From: Chiloscyllium plagiosum
Lineage: Eukaryota
Direction of reading: 5' to 3'
Length of the DNA: 64,000 nucleotides
NCBI RefSeq assembly: GCF_004010195.1
Contig: NC_057718.1
Location: forward strand, 45,682,322 to 45,746,321
Position 1 is the stretch's first letter; each line of letters starts with the position of its first letter. The notes under the pieces are model-generated. The model made no database searches. It was not told where the DNA came from and saw only the letters and a program-made list of their open reading frames with translations. Both the position numbers and the translations under genes were made by a program. This document shows positions 51,451 to 64,000 of the stretch, piece after piece.

Positions 51451-54400
51451 AGGATAAGAAAATTAGGGAAGTTAACATGTAGCTAAAGGAGGCAATCGCA
51501 TCAGTTTTGTAACAGAAGGGATCTGTACCATTGGGATCGTCTCCACCTGAACCAATCTGAATCCAGTGTTCCAGCGAAAAGAATAAATAGGGTGGCCATT
51601 AGGACCTTAAATGAATGAATTGGGGGTGGGGAGAAGGGGAAAATGACAGCAAGTATAATGGTAAATAGAAAAGAAAGCAGCAGATTAACATGTGCAGTAG
51701 GGTTTAACTACAAAGACTATGAAAGAAGTTAAAAGGAAGGAAAGCTCAGAAGATATTAATAATGGAGATGTTAAAATTCAAAAATAAGGGATAAAAACTA
51801 AGCACTTTACCTGAGTGCTTTTAGCATTCAACGAGTTAACAGCAAAAGTCTTTGTGAATGAGTAAGATTTAGCAGCCATTATGGAGACCTGGATGCAGGA
51901 TGGTCATGATAGGAATTAAATATTCAAATGATATATCCAATATCAGACTATCCGGAAGGACAGACAGCAAGGTAAGGGAGGGAATGTAGCTCTGATATTT
52001 AAGAATGACATCAGAGTGGCGGTAGTGAGATATAGGTTCTGTGGAGAATAAGGTTGAATCCATTTGGGTGGAAATTAGGATTTCTAAGAAGAAAGTCACA
52101 AACATAGTCGACAGGACACCAAATAATAACATCTCATTGGGATGGGTAATAAAGAAATAACTAATGCCTGTAAAAATGATATAGTTATTATCATAGGGGA
52201 TTTTAATCTACATGTCGATTGATCAAACCAGGTCAATCAAGGCAGCCTTGAGGAGGAGTTCACTGAATGCATTGGGGATAGTTTTCTTGAACAGTATGTA
52301 ATGGAACCGACGAGAGAGTAAGCTCTCCTAGATCTGGTCCTGTGTAATAAGACAGGAATAATTAATGATCACATAGTTAGTGATCCTCTTGGAAGGAGCA
52401 ATCACAGTACGGTTGAATTTAGAATACAGGTGGGTCCTGTACTTAAACAAAAAGGAGTTTATAATAGGATGAGGGAGACGTTAGCTAAAGTAAACTGGAA
52501 GCAAAGACGTCATAGTGGGACATTTGAGGAACAATGGAGGATTTTCAAATCAATTTTTCAAAGTGCTCAGCAAAAGTAAATACCTGTGAAAAGGAAGGAA
52601 TGTAGGAAAAGGTTTAATCAACCATGGATGTCTAACAAATAAGGTAGGCTATCAAATTGAAAGAAAAGGCATACAAAAGTGGTAAAGACCAATGGGAAAC
52701 TAGAAGCCTGGGAAACATTAAAGATCAACAGAAAGCCACAAGAAAAGCTATGAAGAAAAGGAAGGTCGATTATGAGAGTAAACTAGCTCAGAATATAAAG
52801 ACAGACAAGCAATGTATAAAATGAAGAGTCGCTAGGGTAAACATTGGTCCTTTAGAAGATGAGAAGTGGGATTTAATAGTGGGAATGATGAAATAGCCAA
52901 GGAATTGAACAGGTATTGTGTGTCGGTCTTCACGTGGTGACCACGAATAACACGCCAGTAACTGATGACAAAGAGACTAAGGTGAGAACTTAGAAACGAT
53001 TATTATCAGAAAAGAGGTAGTGTTGCACAAGCTAATGGAGCTAAAAGAAGACAAGTTTCCTGGCCCTGATGGAATGCATCCCAAGGTACTAAAACAGATG
53101 GGAGAAATAGCAAATACTCTTATTGTAGGTTTCCAAAATTTGCTGGACTCTGGGGCAGTTCCAGCGGATTGGAAAACAGCAAATGTGATTTCATTGTTTA
53201 AAATAAAAAAAGAGGTAGACAAAAGATGGGGAATTATAGGTCTGTTAGCTTAACGTCTATAGTGGGGAAAATGCTTGAATCTATTAACAAAAGAAGAAAT
53301 AGCAAGGATAGACAAGGATAGAAATTGTCTCATTGGGCAGACACAGCATGGGTTCATGAAAGGCTGGTCATGCTTAAAGAATTTACTGAATTCTACGAAG
53401 ACATTATGAGCACAGTGGGACCCAGTAGATATGGTGTATCTGGATTTCCAAAAGGCATTTGACAAGGTACCACACAAAAGGTTGCTGCATAAGATAAAGT
53501 TGCATGGTGTTATGAGCAATGTATTAGTATAGACAGAGGATTGGTTAACTCACAGGAAGCAAAGAGTGGGGGATAAATGAATGCTTTTCTGGTTGGCGAT
53601 CAGTACTAATGGTGTGCATCAGGGGTCAGTATTGGGACCACAATTGTTTGTGATTTACATGGATGATTTGCAGTTGGGGACCACATGTATTACGTCAAAG
53701 TTTGTGGATGACACTAAGATAAGTGCTAGAGCAAAGTGTGCAGAGGATTCAAAGTTTGCAGAGGGATATAGATAATTTAAATGAGTGGGCAAAGGTCTGG
53801 CAGATGGAGCGCAATGTTCATAAATGTGAAGTCATCCATTTTTGGTAAGAATAACAGTTAAAAGGAATATTTTTAAACAGTAAAAAATTGCAGCATGCTG
53901 CTGTGCAAAGGGACTTGGGTGTCCTTCTGCATGAATCACAGAAGGTTGGTTTGTAGGTGCAACAGGTAATCAAGAAGGCAAATGGAATTTTGACCTTCAC
54001 TGCTAGAGGGATTGAGTTTAAAAGCAAGGAGGTTACGTTGCACCTTTATAGGGAGCTGGTGAGGTCACATCTGGAGTACTGCATGCAGTTTTGGTCTCCT
54101 TACTTGAGAAAAGGATGTAGAAGCACTGGAGGGGGTGCACGGGAGATTCACTAGGTTGATTCTGGAATTGAGAGGGTTGACTTATGAGGACAGACTGAGC
54201 AAATTGGGATTATATTCATTGGAATTTAGAAGAATGAAGGGGGATGTTATAGAAACATATAAAATTATGAAGGGAATAGATAAGATAGAAGCAGGAAGGT
54301 TGTTTCCACTGGCATGTGAAACTAGAACAAGAGGGCATAGTCTCAAAATTAGGGAGAGTAAATTTAGGACTGAATTAAGGAGGAACTTCTTCACCCAAAG

Positions 54401-54642
54401 GAATGTGAATCTATGGAATTCCCTGCCCAGTAAAGTATTTGAGACTTCCTCATTAGATGTTTTTACAGCTAAGCTACATAATTTCTTGAATAGTAAATGA
54501 ATTAACGGCTATGGTGAGAGGGTGAGTAAGTGGAGCTAAGTCCATGAAAAGATCAGATATTATCTTATTGAATGGCAGAGCGGGCTCAAAGGACAAGATG
54601 GCCTATTCCTGCTCCTGGCTCTTATTATGTATTTATTATGTT
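51451..54642 (+). mobile_element. 3.2-kb CR1: end of ORF1 plus whole decayed ORF2 (APE + RT)
   Basis: WDRLHLN (ORF1 end); AIMETWMQ, GDFN, LDLVL (APE); PGPDGMHPKVLK, QHGF, LDFQKAFDKVPH, QGSVLGP, KFVDD (RT); tail. Multiple stops and frameshifts. Confidence 0.95.
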
Positions 54643-55075
54643 GACTTCCCTACTCGTATACTTGAACCTCCTTGAAATAAGGGCCAACATTCCATTAGCC
54701 TTCCTGATTACCTGGTGCAGTGCATCCTAGCTTTGTATTTTGTGCACAAGTATCCAAGTCCTTTTGGGTTGCAGATTTCCTCAATTTAAATAATATTGTT
54801 CTTTTGTTCTTCCTTCCAAAAGAAGAACTTCTCACTTTTCCACATATGCTCCACTTGCCGACTTTTCCCCCACTTAACCTATCAGTATATCTCTAAACTG
54901 TTTGGATCCCCTTTGCAACTTGCCTTGTCACTTAGTTTTGTGTTGTCTGCAAATTTGGCCAAAGTACATTTGCTTCCTTCCTCCAAATCATTGAAATATA
55001 CTGTAAACAGTTACTGTCCCTGCACTGATCCCTGTGGAACCCCACTGGTTACAGGTTGCCAATCTGAAAAAAAGC

Positions 55076-55220
55076 CAGGTTTGAAGAAGGGTCTGGATCC
55101 AAAATGTCAACTGATTTTTTCCCCCACAGATGCTGCCAGTCCAGCTGAGCTTTCTTAGCAATTTCTGTTTTTGTTTTTGATTTTTTTCCAGCATCCGCAG
55201 TTCTTTCGGTTTTAATTTGA
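55076..55220 (+). mobile_element. Penelope-type terminal repeat fragment inserted in an A-run
   Basis: Similar to 1290-1410 and 59768-59865; flanked on both sides by tga(n)gc. Confidence 0.6.
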
Positions 55221-56194
55221 AAAAAAAAAGCTTTTACCCCCACATGCTGCTTCCTGCCATTAGACAAATCTCTATCCATGCTAATATACTACCTCTAACA
55301 CCTTGGGCTTTTAATGATTTAACTTTCTGTGAGATACTTTGTTGAATGCCTTTTGGAAATCCAAATACAAAACATCTAGTGATTCCCTTCTATCCACTCT
55401 GGTTGAGGCTTTCTCGTAAAACTCCAAATAAAAGTGGTCAGATAGGATTTCCCTTTCAAGAAGTCATGCTGACTCTGCTTGATTATAATTTCCCAAATGT
55501 GCTGCTATTACTATCTTAAAAATTAATTCCCACTTCTTTCCAAACAAGAAATGCTAAGCTATTTGGCCTATAATTACCCACTTTTTGCCTTGCTCCCTTT
55601 GTGTCTATCTTCTCTGCCCTGTGAGATAACATGTGGCTGAAAAGAAGGCATTTGGCATTGTTGCTGCTAACAGCATTGTTCTTCCTCATTAGCAATATAA
55701 GGCATAGCCAAATAAACCAAAGTGGAGGCAGACAGCAAGAAGTGCAAATGATATTGATTGAAGAGCAATTCATGCAAAATGATTTTCAAGAAGTTATTTC
55801 TTGTTTTGTAGTGACCACTAGTGAAAGTAAGTGTTAAGAAAAAAGGAGCAGGAATGGTATCGGATGTCTGACTTATTAGATGCTATCCAGGCAGTGGCTG
55901 AAGCAGTGCACAACCAAGAAGCATTATTCAATGATGTTCAGGATGGTCCAATGCCAATATTTCCCACTTACTTTCAAATCCATTCAGGTGAAATCTGTAT
56001 GATGCTATGGTCTTTACCAAGGTCATCTTTATGGGATTCACATCCAGCATGCACTCAAACCTACGTTTACTTGGCTGCAAATGTTTCTCACGCTACAAGA
56101 ATGATTTTTTTTTAAATTGCCCATTCTCAGATGTGGTACTGCTGGTAAAGACCACTAACTGTCCTTGAGAAAAGATGATAAATTGTCTTCATTA

Positions 56195-57172
56195 GTTGGT
56201 GTTGGATCCACTGCTTTTCATCACTTATATAAATGATTTGGATGTGAACACAGGAGATATGGTTAGTAAGTTTGCAGATGATGCCAAAATGCAAGGTTTA
56301 GTGGACAGTGAAGAAGGCTACCTCAGAGTACAATGGAATCTCAATCAGTTGGGGCGATGGGCCAAGAAGTGGCAGATGGAACTCAATTTAGATAAATGTG
56401 AGGTGCTGCATTTTGGAAAGGCAAATCAGGGCAGGACTTGTACACTTAATGGTAAGATCCTGGGGAGTGTTGCTGATCAAGTTGCTTGGAGTGCAAGTAC
56501 ATAGTTCCTTGAAAGTGGAGTCAAAGGTAGATAGGATAGTGAAGGCAGCATTTAGTATGCTTGCTTTTTATTGGTCAGAACATTGAATATCAGAGTTAGG
56601 AGGTCATGTTGCGGTTGTACAGGACATTGGTGGGGTCACTTTTGGAGTACTGTGTACAATTCGTGTTTTCCTGCTATACAAAGGAGGTTGTGAAACATGA
56701 AAGGGTTCAGAAAAGACTTACAACGATATTGCCAGGATTGGAGGATTTGAGATTTACAGAGATGCTAAAAAAGTTGAGGCTATTTTCCCTGGAGTATCAG
56801 AGGCTGAAGGTGACCTTATAGCAGTTAATAAAATCATGAGGGGCATGGATCGGGTAAATAAACAAAGTGTTTTCCCTGGGGTGGGAGAGTACAAAACTAG
56901 AGGGCTGGGGTTTAAGGTGAGAGGAGAAAGATTTGAAAGGGACCTAAGGGGCAAGGGATGACGTATGTATGGAATAAGCTGCCAGAGGAATTGGTGGAGG
57001 CTGATACAATTACAACATTTAAAAGGCATCTGGATAGATATATGAATGGGAAGGATCAAGAGGGATTTGGGACTGCTGGCAAATGGGGCTAGATTTATCT
57101 CTGATATCTAGTCAGCATGGATGAGCTGAACCAAAGAGTCTGTTTCCATGCTGTAGACCTCTATGACTCTAT
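56195..57172 (+). mobile_element. CR1 3' fragment
   Basis: YINDLD...SKFADD...LDKCEVLHFG; ctctatgactctat tail. Confidence 0.95.
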
Positions 57173-57384
57173 AATTGCAACAATTCAATAAAGGGACAAC
57201 TATAATCTTTCTATAGACAGAATTTCAGGATTTTATTCCAACAATTATTCAACAGCAATGCAGTTTCAATTCAGAAAAAAAGTGTGCAATTTTGAGGGGT
57301 TGCATATTGTGGTGTTTTCACGTGCCTGTTCTCCTTGTCTTTCTCAGTGATTGCAGTGGATTTGGAGGTTTTACCTGATTTGCC

Positions 57385-58230
57385 TTTCCAAACTGCAGCG
57401 CCTCACATTTATCTAAATTAAGTTTCACCTGCCACTCCTTGGCCCAATTGGCCCATCTGAACAAGATTGCATTGTACTCGGAGGTAGCCTGCTTCGCTGT
57501 CCACTACACTGCCAATTTTGTCTTCTGCAAACATAGTAACTGTACCTCCTATGGTCACATCATTTGGAGATTTGAAGAAATGGAGATCAGTGCATCTTGT
57601 ATATGGTACGCTCAGGACCCACAGTGAGTGATGGTGGAAGGAATGGATAGTTTACATTGTTGTTGAAATCCCAGTTAAAGAGACAGCTTTGTCTTGGATA
57701 CTGTCAAGCTTCTTCAGTGCATTTCAAGGTGTACTCACCCAGACACATGGAGAGTATTCCATCACATTCCTGACTTGTCAAATACAGACTGTGGAAAGAC
57801 TTGTGATAAAGCGTTGAATCACTTGCCACAGAATACACACTTTCTGACCTGCTTTTGTAGCCACAATGCCTATCCAGCTAAGTGTCAGATCCCCTGCCAT
57901 CAATTTACTGGCATTACTATTGACTAGAAACAATGTTAACACAACTGAATTTTATGAGGAGATAGAAGTTCTCTTTATAGAGATAGTCATTACCTGTCAC
58001 TTGTATAACATGAATGCTACTTCTCACTTAATCCAAGCCTTATTTGCAGGAATGCTCTTCTTGATTACCTGAGGAGTTGTAAATGGAACTTAAATTGTGG
58101 AATCCAATCAGCAAATTGTCTCAGTTCTGGAGTGAAACTCATTGATTATGTGGCTAAAGACCGTTAAGTCCCAGGATGCTGACATGAAGAACTATAGGAG
58201 TGGTATCCTAAGACTGAAATAATGGATATC
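57385..58230 (-). mobile_element. CR1 fragment (57385-57565) followed by fragment of the second LINE family
   Basis: First part matches 10545-10710; 57600-57780 resembles the reverse complement of 43430-43620. Confidence 0.6.
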
Positions 58231-59624
58231 TCACTACTGGCTGGTGTCACACCTAGAACAAAGGATGCTTGCTGCAATTTTTGGAAATCAAAGTCACAAA
58301 TTACAATGCTGAATGTCTCCTCAGAAGCACCTGAATCATAGCATCTGATAATTTCTTCTACTTAGTGCTGCTAGAAGTATGCCAGTGTAATCAAAACCCT
58401 ATTTAGCCTGACTCACCACAGTCACATTTTGCAGGTCTTTACTCATCCACCAGGCAAGGGAAGGGCAGGTGCACAGCCGAATCATCAGTTACTTGGATAT
58501 CTGTGCCTTTCATACAGCACTGGGCTAACACAAGTAGGTGAGCTTCAATGTTGACAACTGGGAACAATGCTGTGGAGTAGCAGGATGCTACCCTACTTGC
58601 AACTATTTCATGTAGGACTATTGCTATTGACCCGTTACTAAATAAAGGGTCAAGGGCTCAGCTTATATTTCTCTTTCCTTCATGTGTGCTTATCATTCTT
58701 AGTTTTGTTCCCCTGCAGCATTGGTAAAGGTTGCTATTGGATTTTGATGCTTTTTGGGACTTCTCAAAATTTTAAAGAACTTATGTCTTTCTGTAGGGCT
58801 CTAACCTTTTATTATCATAAGCCTTTACATTTCACTTGTACAATTATTTAATTCGGTCATTAGCACACAAGCTTCAACTGTACTTGTAACCATGTGACCT
58901 AAAAATTATGTAAACTATATGATGTAAATAATGGCAATATCAGAAAACTTCTCATATCCTTGACTTGTTTATGAAGTATCTTCCCTCTCCAATGGATGAA
59001 CTGAATAGTACTGTACAAATAGACCATAAACCAGACAACTCCACAACAGTCTTTTTTTTAAAATGGAGAATAATGGATACCTGGCAATGATTACAACTCA
59101 GTAATTTGATCGAAGGCTTGACATGGCATCATAAACTGTGAGAACAAAGCCAGAGTGGTTTATAACAGGCATCTGAATTGCTAGATTAGATTACAGCCCT
59201 GTAATCACTTTTTAAAATATATACAGTTTTAATTTTAAGTGGAGCTTTATTCTATTTTCTGCTGGCAGCAGTTGTTCATGCCAGCATCTCAACTATCAAT
59301 GCACTTAATACTGCTGAATCTGGAAGTTTAGCAACTAAGATATTGTCATCTTTTATCCTCCTTGGAGTACAATTTGTAAATTAAACCCAAAAATGCACCC
59401 AAAGCTGCAGTCAGTAATCTTCCTAATCTCACCATAATAATATGTCCAAACATAAAATGAATGCTAATGAACATAAATCAACAGGAATTGCCACCAAACA
59501 AGACCAAATAAATCATAAAACTTAGTTTTAAAGTCAGCATATATAAAAACATACAATCAGGGAAATCTGGATTTTAATGTAACATACTTATGCCATAGAA
59601 ATAGAAACAGAAAATATAAAATAA

Positions 59625-59875
59625 AAAGAAATGAAAGAACTGTGGATGCTGGAAACCAGAAATAAAAAGCTTGCTGAAAAATCTCAACAGGTCTGACAGT
59701 ATCTGTGGAGAGAACTCAGCAAATGTTTTGGGCCCAGTAACCCCTCTTCAGAATACAGAGTTCAGCATTCTGAAAAAGGGCCACAGGACCCAAAAAGTTA
59801 AGTCCAAATTATTTCTACAGTTGCTGCCAGACATGCTGAGATTTTCCAGCAATTTCTGTTTTTCAACAGAAAATA
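59625..59875. mobile_element. Penelope-type palindromic repeat
   Basis: Imperfect inverted arms ttgctgaaaaatctcaacaggtctg...cttcagaa / ttctgaa...cagacatgctgagattttccagcaa. Confidence 0.65.
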
Positions 59876-59934
59876 CAAAGCATACCTGAATTCTGGTCAA
59901 GTGTACAAAGGAATAAAAAACAATAACATTCTCA

Positions 59935-61388
59935 ACAACAAAGGGAGTCAGGGGGCTGAGTTGAGTATGGTTGCCATTACAAAAGAGAAAGTGCTAGAAA
60001 AGCTAAAAGGTCTTAAAATTGATAAATCTCCTGGCCCTGATGGGTTACATCCTAGAGTTCTGAGGGAGGTGGCTGAGGAAATAGCAGAGGCGTTGGTTGA
60101 GATCTTTCAAAAGTCACTGGAGTCAGGGAAAGATTGGAAGATCGCTGTTGTAACCCCCTTGTTCAAGAAAGGATCAAGACAAAAGAAGGAAAATTATAGG
60201 CCAATTAGCCTAACCTCAGTTGTTGGTAAAATACTAGAATCCATCATTAAGGATGAGGTTTCTAAATTCTTGGAAGAGCACGGTCGGATTAGAACAAGTC
60301 AACATGGATTTAGTAAAGGGAGGTCGTGCCTGACAAACCTGTTGGAGTTCTTGGAAGAGGTGACAAGTAGGTTAGACTGGGGAAACCCAGTGGANNNNNN
60401 NNNNNNNNNNNNNNNNNNNNNNNNNNNNNNNNNNNNNNNNNNNNNNNNNNNNNNNNNNNNNNNNNNNNNNNNNNNNNNNNNNNNNNNNNNNNNNNNNNNN
60501 NNNNNNNNNNNNNNNNNNNNNNNNNNNNNNNNNNNNNNNNNNNNNNNNNNNNNNNNNNNNNNNNNNNNNNNNNNNNNNNNNNNNNNNNNNNNNNNNNNNN
60601 NNNNNNNNNNNNNNNNNNNNNNNNNNNNNNNNNNNNNNNNNNNNNNNNNNNNNNNNNNNNNNNNNNNNNNNNNNNNNNNNNNNNNNNNNNNNNNNNNNNN
60701 NNNNNNNNNNNNNNNNNNNNNNNNNNNNNNNNNNNNNNNNNNNNNNNNNNNNNNNNNNNNNNNNNNNNNNNNNNNNNNNNNNNNNNNNNNNNNNNNNNNN
60801 NNNNNNNNNNNNNNNNNNNNNNNNNNNNNNNNNNNNNNNNNNNNNNNNNNNNNNNNNNNNNNNNNNNNNNNNNNNNNNNNNNNNNNNNNNNNNNNNNNNN
60901 NNNNNNNNNNNNNNNNNNNNNNNNNNNNNNNNNNNNNNNNNNNNNNNNNNGAGGAACGGGTGAGGATCCTGGGATTGTATTCATTGGAGTTTAGAAGATT
61001 AAGGGGAGATCTAATAGAAACTTACAAGATAATACATGGCTTGGAGAGGGTGGATGCTAGGAAATTGTTTCCGTTAGGCAAGGAGACTAGGACCCGTGGA
61101 GACGGCCTTAGAATTAGAGGGGGTAAATTCAGAACAGAAACGCGGAGACATTTCTTCAGCCAGAGAGTGGTGGGCCTGTGGAATTCATTGCCGCAGAGTG
61201 CAGTGGAGGCTGGGACGCTCAATGTCTTCAAGGCAGAAGTTGATAAATTCTTGATGTCACAAGGAATTAAGGGCTATGGGGAGAATGCGGGTAAGTGGAG
61301 TTGAAATGCCCATCAGCCATGATTGAATGGCGGAGTGGACTCGATGGGCCGAATGGCCTTACTTCCGCTCCTATGTCTTATGGTCTTA
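59935..61388 (+). mobile_element. Young 5'-truncated CR1 spanning an assembly gap
   Basis: Stop-free RT segments (KSPGPDGLHPRVL...NYRPISLTSVVGK...QHGFSKGRSCLTNL; RRLRGDLIETYK...KWS) and cttatg-type tail. Confidence 0.95.
60395..60950. other. Assembly gap (556 N)
   Basis: Run of n. Confidence 1.
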
Positions 61389-62004
61389 ATTAGAAGCAGA
61401 AAAGATATTTCCTTATGTCCTTGAAAAATTGCACATATTGCTGAGATATGTCCCTCAACTCAAATAGTGCACTGATGATAATCGTATTTGGGAGGTGAAA
61501 TTGTGGTTTTAATAATGGAGACCCTTTAGAATGGCTAGTTAGAGTGGTAAATGTATATTTAAAAAAAAAACGACTTGCATTGTAGTTCAAAATATAACTC
61601 ATTAATATGCAAAGTTCAAAAATTTTGGTTATGCCAAGATTACAGGTTCATCTGGGCACAAATACAGAGGTGATTCCAACTATTTCAGCAATATCATTAG
61701 CAAAACTAAAAGCACTCAAAATGGAGGAGTCAGAGTTCTTTTGCATCACCACAAGTGTCTACTCTTTTAAAACTATCCTAATTGACTTTGGCAAGAACAA
61801 GCCCTTTACAATGCTGTAACAATTTGACTTAGTGGATGTTTTTTGAACCGTAAACCTAGGGTGCAATCTAGAACTGTTTTGATCAAAAATACTGTAAATG
61901 CTTGAAATCTAACAAACAGAAAATGCTGCAGATATTCAGGTGAGGCAACTTCTGCAAAGAAACCAAAGTTGACATTTTTCAGAACTGGAAAAATATTACA
62001 GATG

Positions 62005-63680
62005 AGCATATGAACAAGTAGTAGCCCATTTAGCCCCTCAAGCCTTCTTCACGATTTAAAGAACATCATAGCTGATCTGATTGCAGCCTCAAATCAGCAT
62101 TCCACCTACCCATGATAACCTTTCAACCTCTTGCTTAACTAGGCTCTATTAGTTCTACCTTCAAAATATTCAAGAACTCTGTTAATACCAGTCTTTCAGG
62201 AAAATAGTACCAAAGACACTCAACCCTCAGAAAAACAAATGCCTAATCTCTGTAATAAATGAGCAATCCCTGATTAATAAAGAGTAATCCCTAGTTCTAG
62301 ATTTTCATATAAGAGGAAAGATCATCTTGTCAAACATGTCACCCTGTCAAGACCCCTCAAGACCTTAGACCTTATATGTTTCAATCAAGTTACCTTTTAA
62401 TCAACTCCAATTCATACTAATATTTCCTCATAAAATAACCCTCTCATTCCAATTGATTAGTCTGATAAACTTGCACTGAATTGCTACCAGCACGTTTACA
62501 TCCTTCTTTCGAAAAAAGGTGACAGATTCTGCCAAACAATACTCTCAATACGGTCTAACTACGGTCCTGTATAACTGAACTATAACTCACTACTTTTGTG
62601 TTCCATTCCCCTCATGATAAACTATAATATGCTGTTTTCCTAATTACTGCAGTCTCTCATTTTTTATAATATGATCCTTTATTCTTCCTGCCAAAATAGA
62701 CATTAACATTTTCCCCACATTATATTACATTTCAGATCTTTGCCTACTCACTTTTTATCTTGCTGGAGACTCATTATGTCCTCTTTGCAACTTGCATTTC
62801 CATCTAACTTTGTGACATTTGTAAATATGCCAACCATATCTTGCATCCCTTAATACATATCATTTTTATAAACTATAAATAGTTGATGCTCCAGAACTGA
62901 TCTTTGTGGCACATCACTAATTGCAGCTTGCCAACCTGAAAATTAATGCTTATTTGCCAGCCAATATCCTAATCATACCAACATGTCACCTCCTACACCA
63001 CGAACTTTTGTTTTCCATAATGACCTTTAATGTGGCACTTTATCAAATGCCTTGTGGAAATCCAAGTACAGTACATCCACCCGAACCCCTTTATCAACCA
63101 CATTTGTTACCTCCTCAAAAAATTAAATAGATTTGTCAAATATGATTTCCCTTTCACAAAACCATGCTGACTTCGCCTGACTACCTTGAATTTATCAGCG
63201 TGCTACTGGAAAATCTTCAATAAATCGCTTGGAACATTTTCCATGAGAAATTAAAGTTAACTGGTCTATGGTTTCCTACTTTCTGTTTCCACTCCCTCTC
63301 TCCTATTGAATAAGGAAGTTTTATTTGTTCATGCCAATGTAATCCCTGAAAAATTAAAACTGACACAATTATCTCACCAGCCCCATGTTTTAAAGGCCAT
63401 AAGTTGCAGTCCATCAACTCCTGGACCCTGGCCAGCCACTTCGCTGGTGATTGTGATTTTCCCTGGGTTCTTCCAGTTTCCTGATTATTGCTGAACTTGG
63501 GATGTTACTTGTATACTGAAGGCTGATGCAAACTAGAGGTTCAATTCACCTTCCACCTCCTTATTTGCCATTATTAATTCAACAATGTTTTCTGCAATCA
63601 ACCCTCTCTCTAACTTCTTTTTAAAAAATATTTATAGAATCTGTTTTTTTACTTTTGGTCAGATTTGTCTCTGATTTAAC
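62005..63680 (-). mobile_element. Decayed CR1 ORF2 3' region
   Basis: KVGNHRPVN and LDFHKAFDKVP motifs on the minus strand; CR1-type 3'UTR near 62010. Confidence 0.8.
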
Positions 63681-64000
63681 TTTTCCCTCACTAATTATTT
63701 GTTTTTTTCTTTCCAGAAACAACCACAATGTAACAAATAAAAAGCAGGAAAGGAAAATTAAATATTACAATTCCACACACAGGAAAAATAAATATAATGG
63801 CTGATAAAATGCATATGTGGAAAAGAGAGATGGTTAAAATAGAAGAAGTGGAACCCGAGAGACAAAATCAATAATAAAGATGGTGTAGCTGGCTAAAATG
63901 TCACAAATGTAAACAGGTGAACAGAATTTTGTGCAGGGCATCTTTATGAAAAAATTTCCCATAAATTCCATGTAGGCTTCTATGCCTTTAAACATGCAGG

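Larger units (their letters stand above)
50893..55600 (-). mobile_element. CR1 fragment split into 50893-51450 and 54643-55600
   Basis: ...ISRRFKYTSREV|LLQLYKVLVRPHL continues across the nested insertion; GNYRPNSL at the 5' end. Confidence 0.9.

Noticed and set aside
59901..61304. 467-aa ORF as an intact RT gene
   Set aside because: It is open only because it crosses 556 Ns; the equivalent span in the 51451 copy is ~756 bp, and the endonuclease is missing.

Overview
Eukaryotic, AT-rich, repeat-dense DNA with no intact long gene. The repeat content (CR1 LINEs, Penelope-like palindromes, Deu-type SINE, decayed Harbingers) suggests a cartilaginous fish, probably a shark (inference). Much of the window is transposon debris: >15 CR1 fragments of several ages (some precisely nested), a second CR1-group LINE family with a tRNA-like head, Rex1-like and Penelope-like pieces, decayed PIF/Harbinger transposase and Myb genes, Tc1/pogo-type MITEs and an interrupted solo LTR. 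Splice signals in repeat-free islands suggest the 3' part of an unidentified large-intron gene on the minus strand (short candidate exons and a long 3'UTR-like tract). Highlights: (1) a compound CR1 insertion at 40515-41482 (CR1 3' end, then a 635-bp copy of its own empty target locus, then an internal CR1 RT piece), consistent with RT template switching; (2) two other local-copy events (250-bp templated insertion, 230-bp inverted repeat); (3) a LINE family whose endonuclease frame directly follows a Pol III-like head in two copies. Most ORF-track entries are spurious or TE remnants. Boundaries of old repeats are approximate, and family assignments are from manual translation and recalled motifs, not database searches.
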